Positions 40,675 through 51,260 of a stretch of 64,000 nucleotides of DNA are shown piece by piece (within the stretch, counting starts at the first letter, position 1; each line of letters starts with the position of its first letter). The notes beneath the pieces were generated by a model. That model ran no database searches and was not told where the DNA came from. It saw only the letters and a program-made list of their open reading frames with translations. Source of the DNA: Leptolyngbyaceae cyanobacterium (GTDB lineage Bacteria; Cyanobacteriota; Cyanobacteriia; Phormidesmidales; Phormidesmidaceae). The translations under genes were made by a program, and so were the position numbers. The stretch covers positions 1,216,001 through 1,280,000 of the forward strand of contig CBDHHL010000032.1 in assembly GCA_965263355.1 (NCBI GenBank), read 5' to 3'.

Positions 40675-41691
40675 TTATGCTGGCCAGTTAGCAGCAACAA
40701 CTTCAGCTAGGTCAACAACGCGTTGGCTGTAACCCCACTCGTTGTCATACCAAGCAACAACCTTCACCATGTCGCCATCCATAACTAGAGTTAGGCTAGA
40801 GTCAACAATCGAAGACTCATCAGTCTTACGATAGTCGATAGAAACCAGAGGCTCTTCTGTGTAGCCCAAGACTCCTTTCATATGACCTTCTGTTGCAGAC
40901 TTAATGGCCTCGTTGACTTCTTCCTTAATAGTCTTCTTCTCGACTTGAACAACGAGGTCAACTACAGAAACGTTAGGTGTGGGTACGCGCATGGCAATAC
41001 CGTTGAGCTTCCCCTTCATCTCAGGGATAACCAGAGCTACAGCCTTAGCAGCACCTGTTGATGTAGGGACGATATTGATAGCAGCTGCACGGGCACGTCG
41101 CAAGTCGCGGTGACTTGCATCTAGAATGCGCTGGTCACCTGTGTAGCTATGGGTGGTGGTCATTGTTCCTTTGATAATGCCAAAGGCGTCGTTAACCACC
41201 TTAACCACAGGTGCTAAGCAGTTAGTGGTGCAACTAGCGTTGCTGATGATGGGGTTTTTGCCATGTACATACTGGTCAGCGTTGACGCCAACCACATAAG
41301 TATCGACATTTCCACCCTTACCAGGAGCTGTAATTAGCACCTGTTTAGCACCTGCTTCCAGGTGGCGGCGAGCACCTTCTTCACTAACAAAAACGCCTGT
41401 GGATTCGATTACAAGATCAATATCCCAAGCACCCCAAGGTAAATTGTTGGGGTTGCGATCAGAACAGCACTTAATAGTCTTATCGCCGACGGTGATGGTG
41501 TCATCCGTGAAGGTGACATCCTCGTCTAAGCGTCCCAATAGGGAGTCATACTTCAGCAGATGACAGGCTGTCTTAGGATCGGAGGTATTGTTGATTGCAA
41601 CAATATCAAACCCTGAATTTTCTCTGGTCAACCAACAACGTAGAAAGTTGCGCCCAATGCGCCCAAAGCCGTTGATAGCTACTCTAATCAC
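40675..41691 (-). CDS. gap2: NAD(P)-dependent glyceraldehyde-3-phosphate dehydrogenase (Calvin-cycle type)
   Basis: [22 protein letters not shown] and the GapA/Gap2 S-loop [17 protein letters not shown] start. Confidence 0.95.
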   Translation of the reverse strand: MIRVAINGFGRIGRNFLRCWLTRENSGFDIVAINNTSDPKTACHLLKYDSLLGRLDEDVTFTDDTITVGDKTIKCCSDRNPNNLPWGAWDIDLVIESTGVFVSEEGARRHLEAGAKQVLITAPGKGGNVDTYVVGVNADQYVHGKNPIISNASCTTNCLAPVVKVVNDAFGIIKGTMTTTHSYTGDQRILDASHRDLRRARAAAINIVPTSTGAAKAVALVIPEMKGKLNGIAMRVPTPNVSVVDLVVQVEKKTIKEEVNEAIKSATEGHMKGVLGYTEEPLVSIDYRKTDESSIVDSSLTLVMDGDMVKVVAWYDNEWGYSQRVVDLAEVVAANWPA

Positions 41692-42099
41692 TGCGCTTAC
41701 CCTCTGTCGTACAACTGCGTCAAATTAGCGTTTGCATTAGCAAATCCAATGATATCCCATCGTCTTAACAGCTCAGAGCCATAAACATCACAGTCTAGCC
41801 TGCGTTAAATCCATAGGATCACTGACCCTTGAGCCCAACGAATGGGTTATCGTTCTATATTGAATTAAGTATAATTGCTCACGGTATTGGCTTACAAGTG
41901 AGTCTCAGGAATCTGCGTGAAGATCTGACAAAGTGTAAGTTGTAATCAGATGGTATTGAAGGTGGGCAGTATGCCTAAGAGTTGACCCTGATTAAATTAC
42001 GCGAAATGGCTAGCCCTTATGGGTGGGTATGTGGCCATTCAATGGATTCCTGGTATTATACGCCTGAAATATATGTGTGTGGTGTGTGAGGTAAGTTTT

Positions 42100-43551
42100 A
42101 TGCCAGTGGCAGTAGATTTTAGCGGCAGGCCATTTCACTTTATTGGTGTCGGTGGTATTGGTATGTCGGCATTAGCCCATATATTGGCTCAGCGACAGTT
42201 ACCGGTATCGGGATCTGATTGTCGTTTAACCCATATTACTCGGCGTCTTCAGCAGAAAGGAGTGCATATTTTCTGGAGTCAGGAAGCTGAGAATATTGCC
42301 CAGGCAACCCAAAAGGTGTCTGTAGATACGGTGATTTTGCCTCAAGTAGTTTGTTCCACTGCCATTGGTCCTAGCAATCCGGAATACAAGGCAGCTATGG
42401 ATGCAGGGTGTCCTATGTTTCACCGTTCTGATATTTTGGCAGCGTTGATGAATGAAACTCATGGGATTGCGATCGCAGGTACCCATGGTAAAACCACCAC
42501 TAGCAGTATGGTGGGTTACCTGCTGCTAAAGGCTGGCATTGATCCATCCATTGTGATTGGTGGTGAGGTATCAGCTTGGCAAGGCAATGCCTATGTCGGC
42601 ACTAGCGACTATATGGTGGCTGAAGCCGATGAATCCGATGGCTCATTAGTAAAACTGTCAGCAGCCATTGGCGTCATTACCAATATCGAACTTGATCATC
42701 CAGATCATTACAGTAGCCTGGATGAAGTGGTAGACATTTTTAAGCACTTTGCTCAACAGTGTGACCTGGTGATTGGCAGTGCCGATTGTGATACGGTGCT
42801 TCACCAAATCCAACCGGCTATCACCTATAGTCTGCGACCAGAGTCAGGGGCCGATTATATTGCCGTCGATATCTGTGAAACGGCCCAGGGAACAACCGCT
42901 GAGATTTGGGAGCAAGGTCAGCGGCTAGGCGAATTGCATCTGGCGATTTTAGGGCGTCATAATTTAAGTAATGCCTTGGCCGCCATTGCTATCGCCAGAC
43001 GATTAGGGGTGAAGTTCGATGCCATTGCCACCATTATGGCAACCTTTGTGGGTGCAAAGCGGCGGTTTGACCACCGGGGCTTCCACAACAAGATTCTGTT
43101 TATTGATGACTATGCCCACCATCCGAGTGAGATTAAAGTGACACTGGCGACCGCGCAAGTCAAAAGTACAGAGAGTTTAGAAGGGATTAGTCAACGTCGT
43201 GTGGTAGCCGTGTTCCAGCCCCATCGCTACAGTCGAATCACAACGCTATTGCCAGAATTTGCCACTGCCTTTACTGATGCGGATCAGGTGATTGTAACTG
43301 ATATCTATAGTGCTGGAGAGACAAATGCATCAGGGATTACTGGGGAAGATGTGACTAGCGCTATTGGTGAACACCATACCCAGGTTAGTTATGCAGCTAC
43401 CCCGGATGACGTAAAAACAAAACTAGCATTGTTGTTGCAGCCTGGCGATTTGGTTATTTTCCTGACAGCAGGTACCTTAAATCAGGTAATTCCAGATGTG
43501 ATGGATTATCAAGCTGAACAAGCTGAACAAACTGCTCTGACGAGTGTTTAA
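42100..43551 (+). CDS. murC: UDP-N-acetylmuramate--L-alanine ligase
   Basis: GVGGIGMSA, GTHGKTTT, EADESD, DDYAHHP and FQPHRYSR. Start placed at MPVAVD. Confidence 0.96.
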   Translation: MPVAVDFSGRPFHFIGVGGIGMSALAHILAQRQLPVSGSDCRLTHITRRLQQKGVHIFWSQEAENIAQATQKVSVDTVILPQVVCSTAIGPSNPEYKAAMDAGCPMFHRSDILAALMNETHGIAIAGTHGKTTTSSMVGYLLLKAGIDPSIVIGGEVSAWQGNAYVGTSDYMVAEADESDGSLVKLSAAIGVITNIELDHPDHYSSLDEVVDIFKHFAQQCDLVIGSADCDTVLHQIQPAITYSLRPESGADYIAVDICETAQGTTAEIWEQGQRLGELHLAILGRHNLSNALAAIAIARRLGVKFDAIATIMATFVGAKRRFDHRGFHNKILFIDDYAHHPSEIKVTLATAQVKSTESLEGISQRRVVAVFQPHRYSRITTLLPEFATAFTDADQVIVTDIYSAGETNASGITGEDVTSAIGEHHTQVSYAATPDDVKTKLALLLQPGDLVIFLTAGTLNQVIPDVMDYQAEQAEQTALTSV

Positions 43552-43568
43552 GATTTTGCGAATTATCT

Positions 43569-44471
43569 ATGGCTGTTGAAAAGCAACTAACCAGTACAGG
43601 CTGTATTGCTAAATCTGAGTATTCTCTGGCCCATTTGACCACATTTAAGGTAGGTGGTCCGGCTGAGTGGTTTGTCGCTCCTCGCAGTGTCAGTGAGCTT
43701 CAGGCTTCAGTGCAATGGGCTGCTGCAGAAGATTTACCGATCACTCGTTTGGGGGCTGGGTCTAACTTGTTGATTAGCGATCGCGGGTTGCCAGGGCTGG
43801 TGATTTGTACGCGCTATCTACGCCAGGTTGAGTTTGAAGAGACCGGGCGAGTAACAGCAGCGGCAGGTATGCCCATGGCCACGTTAGCCTGGAAAGCTGC
43901 CAAACGGGGATATAAAGGATTGGTGTGGACCGTTGGCATTCCAGGCACAGTTGGTGGAGCAGTGGTGATGAATGCGGGGGCCCATGGTAGTGATACCCAA
44001 GCCATTCTTGTGAGTACAGAGGTGCTCAATCCAGATGGGTCCCTAGAAACCCTCACACCTGAGCAACTTCAATTTAAATATCGAACATCTGTGCTACAGA
44101 GTGATCCACGGATTGTGACCCAGGCTATATTTCAGTTACAGCCTGGTTATGATCCAACGCTAGTGAGGGCAGAGACCTCCGCCGATTTGGAGCAGCGTCG
44201 TTCCACCCAGCCTTATCATTTGCCTAGCTGTGGCAGCGTATTTCGCAATCCCAAACCCAAAAGCGCAGGTTGGCTGATCGAGCAGTCAGGCTTAAAAGGC
44301 TTCAAAGTAGGTCAAGCCCAAGTAGCGGAACGCCATGCGAACTTTATCCTCAATTGTGGTGGTGCGACCGCTAGCGATATTTTCAAGCTGATTCGCCATA
44401 TCCAATATATTGTGGATGATAAATGGTCTTTGCAACTAAGGCCTGAAGTCCAGATTTTAGGGGATTTTTAG
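43569..44471 (+). CDS. murB: UDP-N-acetylenolpyruvoylglucosamine reductase
   Basis: GAGSNLL, GIPGTVGGAVVMNAGA, SCGSVFRNP and HANFI. Confidence 0.96.
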   Translation: MAVEKQLTSTGCIAKSEYSLAHLTTFKVGGPAEWFVAPRSVSELQASVQWAAAEDLPITRLGAGSNLLISDRGLPGLVICTRYLRQVEFEETGRVTAAAGMPMATLAWKAAKRGYKGLVWTVGIPGTVGGAVVMNAGAHGSDTQAILVSTEVLNPDGSLETLTPEQLQFKYRTSVLQSDPRIVTQAIFQLQPGYDPTLVRAETSADLEQRRSTQPYHLPSCGSVFRNPKPKSAGWLIEQSGLKGFKVGQAQVAERHANFILNCGGATASDIFKLIRHIQYIVDDKWSLQLRPEVQILGDF

Positions 44472-44592
44472 GCGATTTAGGCAGTGCCCACTACCCATTG
44501 CTAATTGCCCACTGCCTTAAACCAAACATTGCAATTCCGGCCAAGGCAACGTATAGTTTGACAGTTGATTTAGTAAAATCAGGCCGCCGATT

Positions 44593-44937
44593 ATGAGCAA
44601 AGGGCAAGGTTTTGGCTTCGGTCTTGGAAAAATGAAAGAGCTGAGCGAAGCCTTTAAGAAGGCTCAGCAAGTTCAAGAAGGAGCTAAAAAACTTCAAGAA
44701 GAACTGGAATTAATGGAAATTGAAGGCCAATCGGGCGGTGGCTTGGTCAAGGTTATCCTCAGTGGTAATCAAGAGCCCAAACGCGTGTCTATTTCCCCTG
44801 AAGCAATGAACGAAGGGGCAGAGGTGCTGTCTGACTTGGTATCAGCAGCTATGCGTGATGCTTATCTCAAGTCAACAGAGACCATGCGTGAGCGTATGGA
44901 AGAACTGACGGGTGGTTTGCAGCTACCAGGTCTGTAA
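44593..44937 (+). CDS. YbaB/EbfC family nucleoid-associated protein
   Basis: KKAQQVQ...[11 protein letters not shown]...DLVSAA...GLQLPG. Confidence 0.93.
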   Translation: MSKGQGFGFGLGKMKELSEAFKKAQQVQEGAKKLQEELELMEIEGQSGGGLVKVILSGNQEPKRVSISPEAMNEGAEVLSDLVSAAMRDAYLKSTETMRERMEELTGGLQLPGL

Positions 44938-45030
44938 AATTTCCGCGATAGAGTTATCGCTAGACGACTAGCGCATTGGTTGCTGGTCGTTTTTGCATAT
45001 CTGCTTAGCTGTGCTCATCGAGTTTCTACT

Positions 45031-45501
45031 ATGACAACCCGACTATTGTTTGTGTGTCTAGGCAATATCTGCCGGTCTCCATCGGCGGAAAATATCATGA
45101 ACCACTTGCTGGAAAAGCGAGATTTGCAGTCAAAGATAAGCTGCGACTCTGCAGGCACATCTAGCTATCACATCGGTAGTCCACCGGATAGTCGGATGAC
45201 AGCGGCTGCCAAAAAGCGAGGTATTAATCTAGTAGGACGTGCTCGACAGTTTACGGTGGCAGATTTTGATCAGTTTGATCTAATCTTGGCCATGGATGAC
45301 AGTAACTATCGCAATATTTTGGCACTTGATCCATCCGGAAAATATGCCCAAAAAGTAAAACGCATGTGCGATTTTTGCCAGACGCATGCCGACCGTGAAG
45401 TTCCAGATCCCTACTACGGTGGAGCAGATGGGTTTGACTATGTGATTAGTTTATTGATGGATGCCTGTCAGGGATTGTTACAGGATTTGGGTGAGTCATG
45501 A
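45031..45501 (+). CDS. Low-molecular-weight protein-tyrosine phosphatase
   Basis: VCLGNICRS active site and DPYYG. Start placed at MTTRLL. Confidence 0.94.
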   Translation: MTTRLLFVCLGNICRSPSAENIMNHLLEKRDLQSKISCDSAGTSSYHIGSPPDSRMTAAAKKRGINLVGRARQFTVADFDQFDLILAMDDSNYRNILALDPSGKYAQKVKRMCDFCQTHADREVPDPYYGGADGFDYVISLLMDACQGLLQDLGES

Positions 45502-45511
45502 GTGGGCTCAG

Positions 45512-46030
45512 CTATTTTTGAAAGACGAAATCATAGCTTTTGTAGAGGCCTTGCTCATAATTGACCACAAACCAGGTTTCTGGATCGAATGCTAGTGGAT
45601 AAGCTTCACGTTGGTTAGCATGATGGGCTTTAGAGATCGTGCAATAGGGGGGGGCAATAGTTTCATGTACCTTCGCCTGAGATGAATTTGGGGAAACTGA
45701 TAAAAACTGGTTTAGCTGGCTGCGGGAAAGACGCTGGTCAGCATTGATAATGGCTTGACAGGTCGACGCCGTATTTGTGTGATTAAGTGGCCATGACTGT
45801 ACAGCTTGTGACTGTACAGTTTGTAACTGGGCTGTGTGGGTCGATAGGGGTGTCGACAGGCGAGACCATAGGTTTTGAGGCACTAAAGCTAAGGCCAATA
45901 GGGCAAGACTGCCGAGGAGCCAAGGCTGGGGCTGGAATCCATATGGACGTGGTTTAACACGATGCCTAGGTCTACTGGGTCTTCGGTACCCTTGGCGATG
46001 GGGTGGAGCATATAGTTTAGACTGATTCAT
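45512..46030 (-). CDS. Hypothetical exported or membrane-anchored protein
   Basis: Basic N-terminus, one hydrophobic helix and a C-terminal domain with two Cys and REAYPLAFDP. Confidence 0.7.
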   Translation of the reverse strand: MNQSKLYAPPHRQGYRRPSRPRHRVKPRPYGFQPQPWLLGSLALLALALVPQNLWSRLSTPLSTHTAQLQTVQSQAVQSWPLNHTNTASTCQAIINADQRLSRSQLNQFLSVSPNSSQAKVHETIAPPYCTISKAHHANQREAYPLAFDPETWFVVNYEQGLYKSYDFVFQK

Positions 46031-46060
46031 AGGACAAACGTTCTAGAGGTTGTGGAATAA

Positions 46061-46082
46061 TTTTAGTACACTTGAACTAAAA
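46061..46082. promoter_or_regulatory. Candidate LexA-type operator
   Basis: TTTTAGTACACTTGAACTAAAA near-palindrome; core AGTAC-N3-TGAACT is one mismatch from the cyanobacterial RGTAC-N3-DGTWCB box. Confidence 0.5.
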
Positions 46083-46200
46083 TGATCTAGTTCACAGCTA
46101 TAAAACAAAAAAGTTTTTATCATTTGAGTAGAGAGTTATATCGAGCGCCCAACAAAAGATTCAAGAGATGTGTGGATATCAGCAGCTTTTATAGGAGGCG

Positions 46201-47844
46201 ATGGTGAACCGGACGTTGGTATGGTTTCGCCGTGACCTGCGGGTATGTGACCATGAGCCGCTTTATCGAGCTGCGCGACGGGGGGCTGTGATCCCTGTTT
46301 TTGTGTTTGACCGTTCGCTGTTGCACCATCCAGAAACAGCGGCGGCCCGAGTTGCCTTTATGGTGAATTGTTTGCACCATCTGGATCAATCGTTACGACA
46401 TCTGGGGGGGCGTTTGATCCTGCGCTTTGGTGACCCGGTAGAGGTGCTGCCACGGCTAATTGAGGAAGCTCAAGCTGAAGGGGTTTACAGTTACATCGAC
46501 TGTGAACGAATTTATGGGCGAGTGCGCGATGCGCGACTCAATCAAGCATTGGCCGATCGTCAGATGAAAATTCGTTGGTTTGAGCCTCCTGCCAGCTGTT
46601 CGGAGTTGATGGCCTATCCTGACTATCGTCAGTGGTGGTATCAGCAGATGGCTGTTCCTATTGTGCCTGCGCCCTCTCGGGTTGACGTGCCTGTTGAGGT
46701 GATAAGTGAGCCATGGCCTGATTTAGAGCAGCTGGGTCACAGCTTAGATGGTAAACCGATTCCTACCGGGAGTACCCAGGTGGCTCGGCAGCTACTACGC
46801 CGGTTTTTAACGGAGAAGGCGGATCGTTACTACTGGCAGTTGTCCTATCCCAGTGCTGAAATAACGACAGGACTGAGTCCCTACATCAAATTTGGGGTGA
46901 TTTCTGTGCGTGAATGTGTGCAGACAATTCAGCGGGCGGATGATCGAGGCGATCATCGGATTCAGCGTAGTTATCATCAGCTAATTTCTCGGTTTAGATG
47001 GGGTAACGGGTTTACCCAACGCTTTCGCTATTTGCCTCAATTGGAGTTGCGATCGCTATACAGCATTTTTGATGACGACGGCTGGAGCTTTGATGAAGAT
47101 CTATATCAAGCTTGGCAACATGGTCAGACTGGGTTTCCCATTGTCGATGCAGCGGCCCGATGTTTGCAGGCCACCGGCGGATATCTGGCGCTCAACTTTC
47201 GGACTCGGGCTATTTATGCCAGTTTTCTGAGCAACTTAATCGGCATAGACTGGCGCTACGGGGCACTACACTTTATGCGCCACCTGATAGATGGTGACTG
47301 CCCCATTGACCATTATCAGTGGGCGATGCAATCGGGGGTGACCCACTGTGTCGATAAAACCTGGACAAGAATTTATAATCCTCAGCAGGTAGCTGTCGAT
47401 CGCTGTGATCCAGACGGGCTGTTTATCAAGCGCTGGGTGCCAGAGCTGGCCCATTTACCCCCAGAGCAACTTGGGGCACCGCCCCCGACAAAGGGATATC
47501 CAGAGCCAATTTTGGACTATCGGAAAATGCGATCGCACCGGGTAAAGCAACTAGAACAACAGCGGGGGAATTTTTTGAATAGCAATGATATCGTGCCGTA
47601 TCTAGGCCGAATGCCTAAAAATGTTAGGCCGTTTGGTGCCGAACGCTATTCTAGTGAGACTGTTTGGGCACTTGAAGAGACCCCTAAGCTGTTCCCTGTG
47701 GCGTTGAATTTAGACCGTTTGACTGCTCAACAATGTCTCAATTTGCGTACATGGTTTATCGCCCATGTAAACATTACTCCCCCCCAAAAACGTCGACGAA
47801 AATCTAACCTTTCACCGGTTCTAAAGCAGTTGAGCCTGCTTTAG
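46201..47844 (+). CDS. Cryptochrome/photolyase family protein (atypical)
   Basis: WFRRDLR, TGLSPYIKFG, WQHGQTGFPIVDA, IDWRYG, RIYNP and FIKRWVPEL. Confidence 0.92.
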   Translation: MVNRTLVWFRRDLRVCDHEPLYRAARRGAVIPVFVFDRSLLHHPETAAARVAFMVNCLHHLDQSLRHLGGRLILRFGDPVEVLPRLIEEAQAEGVYSYIDCERIYGRVRDARLNQALADRQMKIRWFEPPASCSELMAYPDYRQWWYQQMAVPIVPAPSRVDVPVEVISEPWPDLEQLGHSLDGKPIPTGSTQVARQLLRRFLTEKADRYYWQLSYPSAEITTGLSPYIKFGVISVRECVQTIQRADDRGDHRIQRSYHQLISRFRWGNGFTQRFRYLPQLELRSLYSIFDDDGWSFDEDLYQAWQHGQTGFPIVDAAARCLQATGGYLALNFRTRAIYASFLSNLIGIDWRYGALHFMRHLIDGDCPIDHYQWAMQSGVTHCVDKTWTRIYNPQQVAVDRCDPDGLFIKRWVPELAHLPPEQLGAPPPTKGYPEPILDYRKMRSHRVKQLEQQRGNFLNSNDIVPYLGRMPKNVRPFGAERYSSETVWALEETPKLFPVALNLDRLTAQQCLNLRTWFIAHVNITPPQKRRRKSNLSPVLKQLSLL

Positions 47845-47943
47845 ATCTAGCCAGAGTAATCATGTAGCTGCGAGAGCCAGGAAATTAGCGTATGCTAAAT
47901 AACTTAACAACTTTATGGTTGCAGTTAATTTCGAACCGATGCC

Positions 47944-49542
47944 GTGGTTAGTTCTCGTTCGATTGCAGTCGTTAAAAAGCGATGCCAAATCTTTTTTATT
48001 GTTTGCCTGTTGGTGGGCATTGGTTTACGTTGCACTAATGCAGCCCATAAAGTCTATTGGCATGATGAAGTTTATACAACAATTCGAGTATTAGGCCATT
48101 CAGAGAACGGCATTAAAGAACAAGTATTAAATAAGCCTGTGGTATCTGCCTCTGAACTACAGGCATTTCAGCAATTTCCTGAACCTAGACGCTGGCGGGA
48201 TACCTGGTCTGCCCTGGTCAGTCATCCTGAACATCCACCGTTGTTTTACCTATTAGAACGTCTGTGGGTGGGTGTTTGGGGGGCTTCAGTGACATCATTT
48301 CGAGCATTGGCAGTCATCTTTGGTTTGGCCTTGCTGCCATTGACCTATTGGGTATGCCAGCAACTCTGGCAAGAGCACTGGGTTGGCCTGATTGCTACCT
48401 GTTTGATGTCACTATCACCAGTTCAGTTGCTCTATGCCCAAGAAGCTCGAGAATATAGTTTATGGGCCTGTTTGGTTTTGTTGAGCCACGGCTGTTTATT
48501 GCGGGCGATGCGTTCCTCCAGCCGATACTCTAGTAATGCATTTGTTATACACTCTCCCAAAACCTTTGCTATACGTCGGTGGGGACTCTACAGTGCCAGT
48601 ATGACGCTGATGTTGTACACCACATTGCTCAGTGTTTTGGTTGTGGTTGCCCATAGTTTATATGTATTACTTAGTGGTTCTCGACAACATTGGCAACGAT
48701 TTGCTGTAGCGCTTGGGGGAACGTTTTTAACATTTATTCCTTGGGTGTTTGTTATCCTGAACAACAAAGCAAAACTCGATTCAGCTACGGATTGGACGTC
48801 ATTCCGCCAGCCCTTGGGACGGCTGGTAAAACTTTGGGGGCTGCATCTAAGTTCAGCGGTGATTGATCTGGGGCTACCGCTAGAAAACTGGTACACCTAT
48901 TTAGTGCCGCCCCTAGTTTTGATAGTGTTGCTGCTCGCCCTTTGGCAGTTACTGTTGGTGACTCCGCCAACTACTATGGCTTTTTGCATTGTGACGTTAA
49001 TGGTGCCTACTTTAGGATTAATTCTGCCCGATTTAATTAATGGTGGGCAGCTATCAATTAGTACGCGCTACTTTATTCCGTCATTGTTAATGGTGACACT
49101 AATCCTGGCTGGTTGGCTGTGGCAGCTGATGCTATCAGATCGAGGGAGGTATCGATTTTTAGGTCAGGGCATTTTGGTGCTCTTGTTATCTATCGGGTTA
49201 GTTTCAGGTAGCTTAAGTGCAGGGTCATTCACATGGTGGAATAAAAATATTGACTATCACGGTAAGACCATAGGAAATATCATTCGCCAAGCAGAGAATC
49301 CTTTAGTGGTAGCTGAGCTGGGGGCAACAGGGCTAGGAAATATGATTTCCTTAAGCTATTCGGTGGACCCTGAGACAGAATTTTTGTTGTTTAAATCCGG
49401 GCGATTACCAGAGCTACCCGAGGGATATAGTGACTATTTTGTTGCCTATGCTAAGGGAGATTTACTAGATGAGATTGCGTCTAAAACTGGTAAGTCTCCT
49501 ACTTTAGCCGAGGGGGATTATCCCCTATGGCGGTTAGAATAA
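47944..49542 (+). CDS. GT-C fold glycosyltransferase (GT39/PMT-like)
   Basis: YWHDEVYT, EHPPLFY and YAQEAREYSL; many TMs. Confidence 0.88.
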   Translation: MVSSRSIAVVKKRCQIFFIVCLLVGIGLRCTNAAHKVYWHDEVYTTIRVLGHSENGIKEQVLNKPVVSASELQAFQQFPEPRRWRDTWSALVSHPEHPPLFYLLERLWVGVWGASVTSFRALAVIFGLALLPLTYWVCQQLWQEHWVGLIATCLMSLSPVQLLYAQEAREYSLWACLVLLSHGCLLRAMRSSSRYSSNAFVIHSPKTFAIRRWGLYSASMTLMLYTTLLSVLVVVAHSLYVLLSGSRQHWQRFAVALGGTFLTFIPWVFVILNNKAKLDSATDWTSFRQPLGRLVKLWGLHLSSAVIDLGLPLENWYTYLVPPLVLIVLLLALWQLLLVTPPTTMAFCIVTLMVPTLGLILPDLINGGQLSISTRYFIPSLLMVTLILAGWLWQLMLSDRGRYRFLGQGILVLLLSIGLVSGSLSAGSFTWWNKNIDYHGKTIGNIIRQAENPLVVAELGATGLGNMISLSYSVDPETEFLLFKSGRLPELPEGYSDYFVAYAKGDLLDEIASKTGKSPTLAEGDYPLWRLE

Positions 49543-50009
49543 TTACCTTTTTAAGATAACGTCAAAACTCATAATAATTAGAGTAAAAGAAGTGATGATA
49601 AATGTTGTCTTTCAAAAGGGTAATGTGATTTTTTAAATTAGTTGTGTTGATGAGAATTAGCAATAACGGTCTACTTCAATCTGTGACCCTATTGATCATT
49701 AAATGCCAAACTTGTTCTAACAGGGAAACATCGACTTGTCCGTAATCCAAGCCTTGGACTCTTTTGAAAACTCGATTTCTTAGGATGTCTGAATTAGAAC
49801 AATAATTATTGATTTATATGCAGTCAATTGGATAAAGAAATAGCAAATATTCTACTAACTTTCGATAAAACGTTCTGTTTTTTCAAAGCGAATAGACTAG
49901 TTTGAATAAAGACTCTGGCCAAAACTTATCTGGGTGTTTTTATCTTTTCGGTCAACGATATCACTGCTTGCTAGCGCATGGAAATTATAACAAGCAAAGT
50001 TTATTTAAT

Positions 50010-51110
50010 ATGCTAAGTAGTTCCCGTCGCCCCCAGTCAGAAACAGTTAGCCGTTTAGTTAATGTTTGGGCAGCGCGTTATCGTCCCGATTTTTCCGCGC
50101 TCGAGGCGAGTGCCAGATCTTTAATTATTGGCGAAATATATCAATTATTAAAAACATCGGGCTGTCGGGAAATATCTGTGACATTAAATAAGCAACGGGT
50201 GGTCGAAACCTGCAAACTGGCAGCTGTGAGGTCAAAAGACTTTTATGTTTATTTTGATGATTTAGATCTTCAAGAAATTATTACCCTGGCCCATTTAGCA
50301 AGCCGTATTTATTTACAGCTTTTTGAGTTTTATCAAGTCAATCAAGCTATTCTGTCTGTCTCACAATGGGAATTGGAGCATTTTCCCCTTGACCATCTCG
50401 GGCGGATCTTTAAGGTTCCTAATATCAGTGAGCTAGCTTATATTTTAGAGCCTTCCTTAAATGAGTTTAGAGCCCATAGCACGAGTGCTAAAGATGGTAA
50501 AACTCTCGGGTTTATGACCACACAGATAAATCTCACCAATGCTTTATTGCTGCAGGAATTAGACCCAGTGGAACGGGCGTTAGTGAGTCCTTACTTAAAG
50601 TTTCTAGAAGAGCATATGGCTGTACCTTGGCAGAGAATGTGTGCTGCTGCGCTATACCATAAAGGCGGTTCTACAGTATTTGGTATAGTTGAACGAATGG
50701 TGCCCTTAATGTCAGAGATTTCAAAGGTAACTCATAGTCAGTGGAGCCATGACTTTCCCTATTACTGTAATCGTAGAGGCCGACTAGATAATCCGGATGT
50801 TCAGCATTCATCCTTGCGTGACTTTAGTATGTTTCAAGTTTATCTGTGGCTGAGTTTTCTACAGGGGCATAGTCGGATTATTGACGAGGAATTAGTAGTT
50901 TTATGTCGTGTCGTTTATGGTCAAATAGGCATTCCTTGGGAAATGACGGTTAAAGGGACTAAGTTACTTGCTGAGAAGATATTAAACTACTTAGAGCCCC
51001 ACGAACTGAGTGTAGTGACGCCCTGCGTTGAAAGTATGCTCAAGGCCTTTATCTGTAGTGATGCCATTGAGCATGGTAATCCTGGTGCCCTGAAGTTTCG
51101 CTATCCATAA
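50010..51110 (+). CDS. Hypothetical protein with a putative C-terminal phycobiliprotein/globin-like domain
   Basis: Long clean ORF, start placed at MLSSSR. The fold call comes from a manual alignment (see findings) and is less certain than the CDS. Confidence 0.75.
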   Translation: MLSSSRRPQSETVSRLVNVWAARYRPDFSALEASARSLIIGEIYQLLKTSGCREISVTLNKQRVVETCKLAAVRSKDFYVYFDDLDLQEIITLAHLASRIYLQLFEFYQVNQAILSVSQWELEHFPLDHLGRIFKVPNISELAYILEPSLNEFRAHSTSAKDGKTLGFMTTQINLTNALLLQELDPVERALVSPYLKFLEEHMAVPWQRMCAAALYHKGGSTVFGIVERMVPLMSEISKVTHSQWSHDFPYYCNRRGRLDNPDVQHSSLRDFSMFQVYLWLSFLQGHSRIIDEELVVLCRVVYGQIGIPWEMTVKGTKLLAEKILNYLEPHELSVVTPCVESMLKAFICSDAIEHGNPGALKFRYP

Positions 51111-51260
51111 TGTAGTTAGTGCCCTATCTAGACTAAGAATTAGGAGCAGGTGTGTGACGAGTAAAGAGTCAAAAGTGATTAAGAGTGACTCTTTATCCTC
51201 TACTCTTTATCAATGTTCAATCCCAATTCTTAGCTTTGACGTTGCACTATCCTGTTAGGG

